64,000 nucleotides of DNA from the human T2T-CHM13v2.0 reference genome, Homo sapiens. The position numbers were made by a program, and so were the translations under genes. The stretch is taken from the NCBI RefSeq assembly GCF_009914755.1, contig NC_060931.1, one strand, 5' to 3'. Position 1 is the stretch's first letter. Every line of letters starts with the position of its first letter. This document shows positions 61,491-64,000 of the stretch, in pieces. Under the pieces are notes generated by a model that was not told where the DNA came from, made no database searches, and saw only the letters and a program-made list of their open reading frames with translations.

Positions 61491-64000
61491 ATCTGTATCT
61501 TTTAAGTGGAGAATTTAGAACATTTACATTCAACATTAATATTGAGATGTGAAGTACTGTTCCAATCATCGTGTTGATTGTTACTTAGTGAAGTTGTTTT
61601 CTTCATTGTGTTCTTGTTTTATAAGCCCTGTGAATTTTATGCTTTGAAGAGTTTCTATTCTGATGTGTATTGACCTTTTGTCTCAAGATTTAGAACTCCT
61701 TTTAGCATTTCTTGTAGGGCTGGTTTAGTATTGACAAACTCCCTTAGCATTTGCTTGTCTGAGAAAGATTTTATTTCTCTTTCATTTATGAAACTTAGTT
61801 TTGCTAGATACAAAATTCTTGGCTGAGAGTTATTCTGTTTAAAGGGACTAAAGATAAGACCCCAATCCCTTCTGGCTTGTAAAGTTTCTGCTGCAAAGTC
61901 TGCTGTTAGTCTGATAGGTTTTCCTTTACAGGTTACCTGATGCATTTGTTTCACTGCTCCTGGAATTCTTTCCTTTACGTTGACTTTAGATACCCTGATG
62001 ACCAGATACCTTCTTGATGTACTTTTTGCAATCAGTCTCCCAGGAATTATTTGAGCTTCTTGAATTTGGATGTCTAAGTCTCTAGCAAGACCAGGGAAGT
62101 TTTCCTTAGTTATTCCCTCAAATAGGTTTTCCAAACTTTTTGCTTTTTCTTCTCCATCAGGAACACAGAATTCTTATGTTTGGCAGTTTTACATAATCCC
62201 ATATTTCTTGGAGACTTCTTTTATTTTGTTGCATTCTTTTTTTGCTATTTTTGTCTTGTTGGATTACTTCAAATACCTTGTGTTTAAGCTTTGAAATTCT
62301 TTCTCCTAATTGGTTGACTCTATTGTTAAAACTTTCGACAGTATTTTGTAGTTCCTTAAATGTGTCTTTCATTTCTGGAAGTTCTGATTGGCTTTTCTTT
62401 AAAATATCTATCTCTTTAGAAAATTTTTTATTCATATCCTGAATTGTTTATTACATTTCTGTACGTTGGGTTTCACCTTTCTCTTGTATCTCCTTGAGTA
62501 ACTTAGTAATCAACCTTTTGAATTCCTTATCTGGTATTTCAAAGATTTTATCTTGGTTTGGATCCAATGCTGGAAAGTTGGTGTGATATTTTGGGGCTGT
62601 TAAAGAACCCTGTTTTTTCATATTGCTAGAATTGCTTTTCTGGTTCCTTCTCATTTAGGTAGACTATTTCTTCTAATTATTTTTGAATTTATTTTTGATT
62701 CAATGGTTTTTTAAAATTTCATTTATTTCTTCTTGAAGATGTGACTTTAATGTTTATAGTTTATTGTTACCTAGCTTTGGCTGTGGGTGCTTTGAGTGTT
62801 AAAGCCTCTGTATGAATTATTTTATTATAGGGAATCTTTGTGCGATGGCTTTCTCAGATGCTGATGGTCTTACCAGCCCTATAAGAGATGTTAAAAGGAG
62901 TTCTAAATCTTGAGACAAAGGTCAGTATGCATCAGAATAGACACTCCTCAAAGCATAAAAATCACACAGCCTATAAAGCGAGAGCACAATGAAGAAAACA
63001 AGTTCACTAGATTAGTAATGATGTGCTGGGTATGGGAGCAGGTTTTCTGTTTTCTGTGGGGCTGGAATGCAGAGGTCTCATGAAGCTTATCTCATTTTCC
63101 AGTGGCGTGCACTTTAAAAAAGCTTTCCTCCCAGGATTTTATTCACTGGGTTAAATGGTTCAGGCTTCGGGCCAGTAGGAGATGCTCATGGGGAAAAACT
63201 GGCTTTGGCTAAAGCAGGTGGGTAAATGCAATACCCTAATATTGGGCAGACGTCCCAGCTTTGACAGAGGTGGTTGGGTGAACTCTCAGTAAAAATGCAC
63301 TGAAGTCTTTTCAGAGGGAGGGGAGGGAGCCACCACAGCTTTCCTTCCAGACCAGCAGGAAAGCAATCTGCCTTCCAGTCATACTCCTGACCTGGTGTTC
63401 TGGCTATACAGATCAGACAGGCATCTCTTTTTATCTGCAAGAATGCTGATGCTTCATTTAGAGAGAGATTGTGACTCTACCTCTCATGCAAGCCTGAACC
63501 TGGAGGGCATTCCTTCTCTGGGGATACAGTCACCCTGAAGTTCCAGAAAGGCTGCCTACAGATGCACTCATGCTGGGATTCCATGGGAGAAGCCCTAGTT
63601 GTGTCTACAGTGGTGAGTAAAAGGGAGGAGTCCCCTCTCCAAGACCCTTCACAAGCACCAGGGCTACCTGACTACTGGAGTAGAGCTGCAGAGTTTCCCC
63701 ACTGAGCCCAGCATTGCACCTGTGCCTCTGCTGAAGAAAACATCCCACAGGTGGAAAGTTCAGGGACTGAAGGCTTGCAGTCCAGTATCTTTTGTCCCAT
63801 GCTCCCTTAATGTGATACACTCCCTCTTCCCCTAAGTGTAGCAGTCCCTGAGGACCAGAGTACTGTGAATCCTTTTGCTCCTCTGGGTCTAGCTGCCCAG
63901 TGGGGCTGCCACACTCTAGGCTCCAGTGATGTGACTTATCCTCTAGTCTCTAAGCAGCAAATACCAGCACCAGCTCTGGTAGTGGTGGGAGGGGAGTGAT

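Overview
Primate (hominoid, very likely human) genomic DNA, made up mostly of interspersed repeats. No intact host protein-coding exon is recognisable. The main host feature is a strong CpG-island promoter at ~9.98-11.23 kb. It most likely drives a gene on the minus strand, so bases 1-10 kb would be its first intron, but I cannot name the gene. The remaining ~53 kb looks intergenic. It holds a full-length, TSD-flanked L1PA2/3-like LINE-1 (46.69-52.75 kb, minus) with ORF1 stopped by one nonsense codon, ORF2 open for ~1060 codons and an open antisense ORF0. It also holds an older long L1PB/L1MA-type LINE-1 (56.65 kb to window end) with nested Alu and L1 insertions, a decayed ERVL internal segment plus LTR with a nested THE1 LTR, about 17 Alu/FLAM elements, and many L2, MIR, MLT1 and MER fossils. 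I found no convincing new biological system. The best unexplained items are a CpG-containing hairpin with C/D-box-like order beside a cluster of splice signals (0.47-0.95 kb), an orphan polyadenylated retro-insert of an unknown 3' end (35.5 kb), an inverted internal copy inside the old L1 (62.9 kb), and several unusual retrotransposition junctions. Repeat subfamily names are from recalled consensus sequences, not from a RepeatMasker run.
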